The position numbers and the translations under genes were made by a program. From Bdellovibrionales bacterium (GTDB lineage Bacteria; Bdellovibrionota; Bdellovibrionia; Bdellovibrionales; UBA1609): a DNA stretch of 64,000 nucleotides. Each line of letters opens with the position of its first letter. Positions within the stretch are counted from its first letter, which is position 1. The notes beneath the pieces were generated by a model, which saw only the letters and a list, made by a program, of their open reading frames with translations, had not been told where the DNA came from and ran no database searches. Of this stretch, positions 62,639 to 64,000 are shown in pieces. Where the stretch lies: positions 518,741-582,740 of the forward strand of contig CBDHDF010000010.1 of the NCBI GenBank assembly GCA_965261545.1. Reading direction: 5' to 3'.

Positions 62639-64000
62639 CAATGGCATTCGTTTAGTGAGAGATCCCATTCGGTTAAGGATTTGAACCTCTAACTCCTCGG
62701 GGGTGGGCTAACCCCAAGTTTTTTTCTTTGATCCATGTGATTATCCGTTGGCCATAGCCCCCCTAACCTCTTTACTGGGTCTCCATACTCCGATGGGTTT
62801 TCTAGAAACTCGGTCGTAATGCCTATTCGGACGTAGCCTTTGTCGGCAGGTCTTCATATTTGTAATGATGCAATTGAGGGTTTTACTAAGCACTACCTTT
62901 TGTTGAAGAAAAAGACCTTCAATATTTCTTGCAATTGTCAGTAAATTGTTTTTAAAGTTTGTCTGCATGGTTTGTTTTTTACTATGGGATTGAGATGTAT
63001 TAAGACGGTCTTCCGTGTAGTTGGAAAATAATCTTGTCAGAGTGATAAGTGTGAAGTGTGCAAACAATTCTTGTTTGACTCCCCTTTCACTTTGAGAATG
63101 AAACTCTTCAATGGTCATCAGTTCTTTGGATATTTTGTACAGTTCCTCTATACTCCAGCGTCCATGATAGAGATTGGCCAGATCATCAATGGAATATTTT
63201 TTTTGATCCATTAAGGTTGTTCCTAGAACAAAAGTAGTTTGTCCAATTTTATATTTGACCAAACGCAAAGCGTAGGCTTTGAAGTCGTCTTGTGGCTTTT
63301 TTTTATGTAGTTCTTTCAGAATTTGCTTGCTAGAAATGACTTGGATCACTGAGTCTTTTTGATCATTATTAATAAATTCATCAAAAACAGTGTTGGCATT
63401 TCTCCTTATCCTAAACACCGCATGCAGACTTCGCACCTTATGCTCATGAAGCATTTCGTAGGAATAATAGCCACGATCATAAACCACAACATCGTTTTCA
63501 AACAATTTTTTGAAATGAGTTTGTGCAGCCTTTCTCTCATTGTTATGGGCAAAGAGATCAAAATCCACAGGAATCTTCGACTGTAGTTGGTACAGGCAAC
63601 TGACAAGACCTTGAGGGTACCATGCTTTTTCCCATGGTTGCTGATACCCATTATCTACGAGTTGACGTGGTAAATTTATTTTCGATCCATCCACTGCGAA
63701 AACCTTATGGCCCTTCCATAAGGTACTAGAATTGGATATACCGTCTTGTTTAAGAATTTCATCATGCAAAACTTTAAATATATTTTCATCTACTTTAGCC
63801 CGTGCACTACACATAGTGGATGCCCGAACTGGTTTAGGTTGAGGGAGTTCAATGTCTAATATGCGACACTGCTCCCAAAGTTCAATCAAAGTTGTATCAT
63901 AACCTTGTTTTCCTTTAGAGAAAACAAGTCGGAAGATGAAAAGTATAATCAACAATGTATTCAAGACACGTTGACGCTTTTGCCAGGTTCGGTCGTACTC
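62639..64000 (-). mobile_element. IS4-family DUF4338-DDE element, copy 2 (partial, runs off the window), inverted relative to copy 1.
   Basis: The terminal IR caatggcattcgttt starts at 62639. The sequence is co-linear with the reverse complement of 4724-6086. The encoded 407 aa differ at one residue (P to S). Confidence 0.9.
62741..64000 (-). CDS. DUF4338-DDE fusion transposase, C-terminal part (5' end outside the window).
   Basis: Identical to residues about 375-781 of the 3639-5984 ORF except VIQVISSKQ vs VIQVIPSKQ. The frame is open to the window edge. Confidence 0.9.
   Translation of the reverse strand, partial: EYDRTWQKRQRVLNTLLIILFIFRLVFSKGKQGYDTTLIELWEQCRILDIELPQPKPVRASTMCSARAKVDENIFKVLHDEILKQDGISNSSTLWKGHKVFAVDGSKINLPRQLVDNGYQQPWEKAWYPQGLVSCLYQLQSKIPVDFDLFAHNNERKAAQTHFKKLFENDVVVYDRGYYSYEMLHEHKVRSLHAVFRIRRNANTVFDEFINNDQKDSVIQVISSKQILKELHKKKPQDDFKAYALRLVKYKIGQTTFVLGTTLMDQKKYSIDDLANLYHGRWSIEELYKISKELMTIEEFHSQSERGVKQELFAHFTLITLTRLFSNYTEDRLNTSQSHSKKQTMQTNFKNNLLTIARNIEGLFLQQKVVLSKTLNCIITNMKTCRQRLRPNRHYDRVSRKPIGVWRPSKEVRGAMANG

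Noticed and set aside
1-64000. An alternative genetic code (TGA=Trp), considered because DUF285 repeat proteins are typical of Mollicutes.
   Set aside because: Long ORFs with conserved full-length motifs terminate properly at TGA, TAA and TAG under the standard code, and conserved Trp positions are encoded by TGG (for example WDTS repeats, RWSIEE).

Overview
This 64-kb window comes from a roughly 40% GC Gram-negative-type chromosome (waaA, outer-membrane and lipoprotein genes). The exact taxon cannot be read from the sequence. It has three parts. (1) Positions 1-15.3 kb are a transposon graveyard of nested insertions. An IS110 fragment is cut by an IS21-like element A. The istA of element A is split by a 594-bp MITE and by a second IS21-like element B, and element B is itself split by a 2.55-kb IS4-family element whose transposase has a DUF4338-like N-terminal domain. 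The istB of element A is truncated by DNA carrying a zinc-ribbon gene (split by another IS4-like element) and a TniA/TniB-like pair. The TniB-like gene is cut by a 2-kb IS that carries a SEC-C-motif passenger gene. A 65-bp x4 tandem array follows. (2) Positions 15.3-57 kb are mostly core genes: DUF285/BspA-like surface proteins, waaA, rnhA, mgtE, recO, yggS, an M23 peptidase, an HD phosphohydrolase, an LMW-PTP, tRNA-Met(CAT), a bioB-F-D-x-A operon with an embedded diiron-type unknown gene, a PA14 lipoprotein, paired ArsA-like ATPases, a PLD-family protein, a DUF547/FAD-oxidoreductase/TVP38 operon, a ProXVW-like ABC transporter, a GC-rich nupC and a vWA lipoprotein. (3) Positions 57-64 kb are again mobile DNA: REP/BIME-like hairpins, an endonuclease I gene, an intact IS110-family element with a roughly 370-bp non-coding left end, a third DUF285 gene, a solo IS end, and a second, inverted, near-identical copy of the DUF4338-IS4 element running off the window. 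Short tandem duplications (10-36 bp units) recur inside genes and at gene termini, and several include start or stop codons. All functional calls rest on motif recognition by eye; no searches were run.
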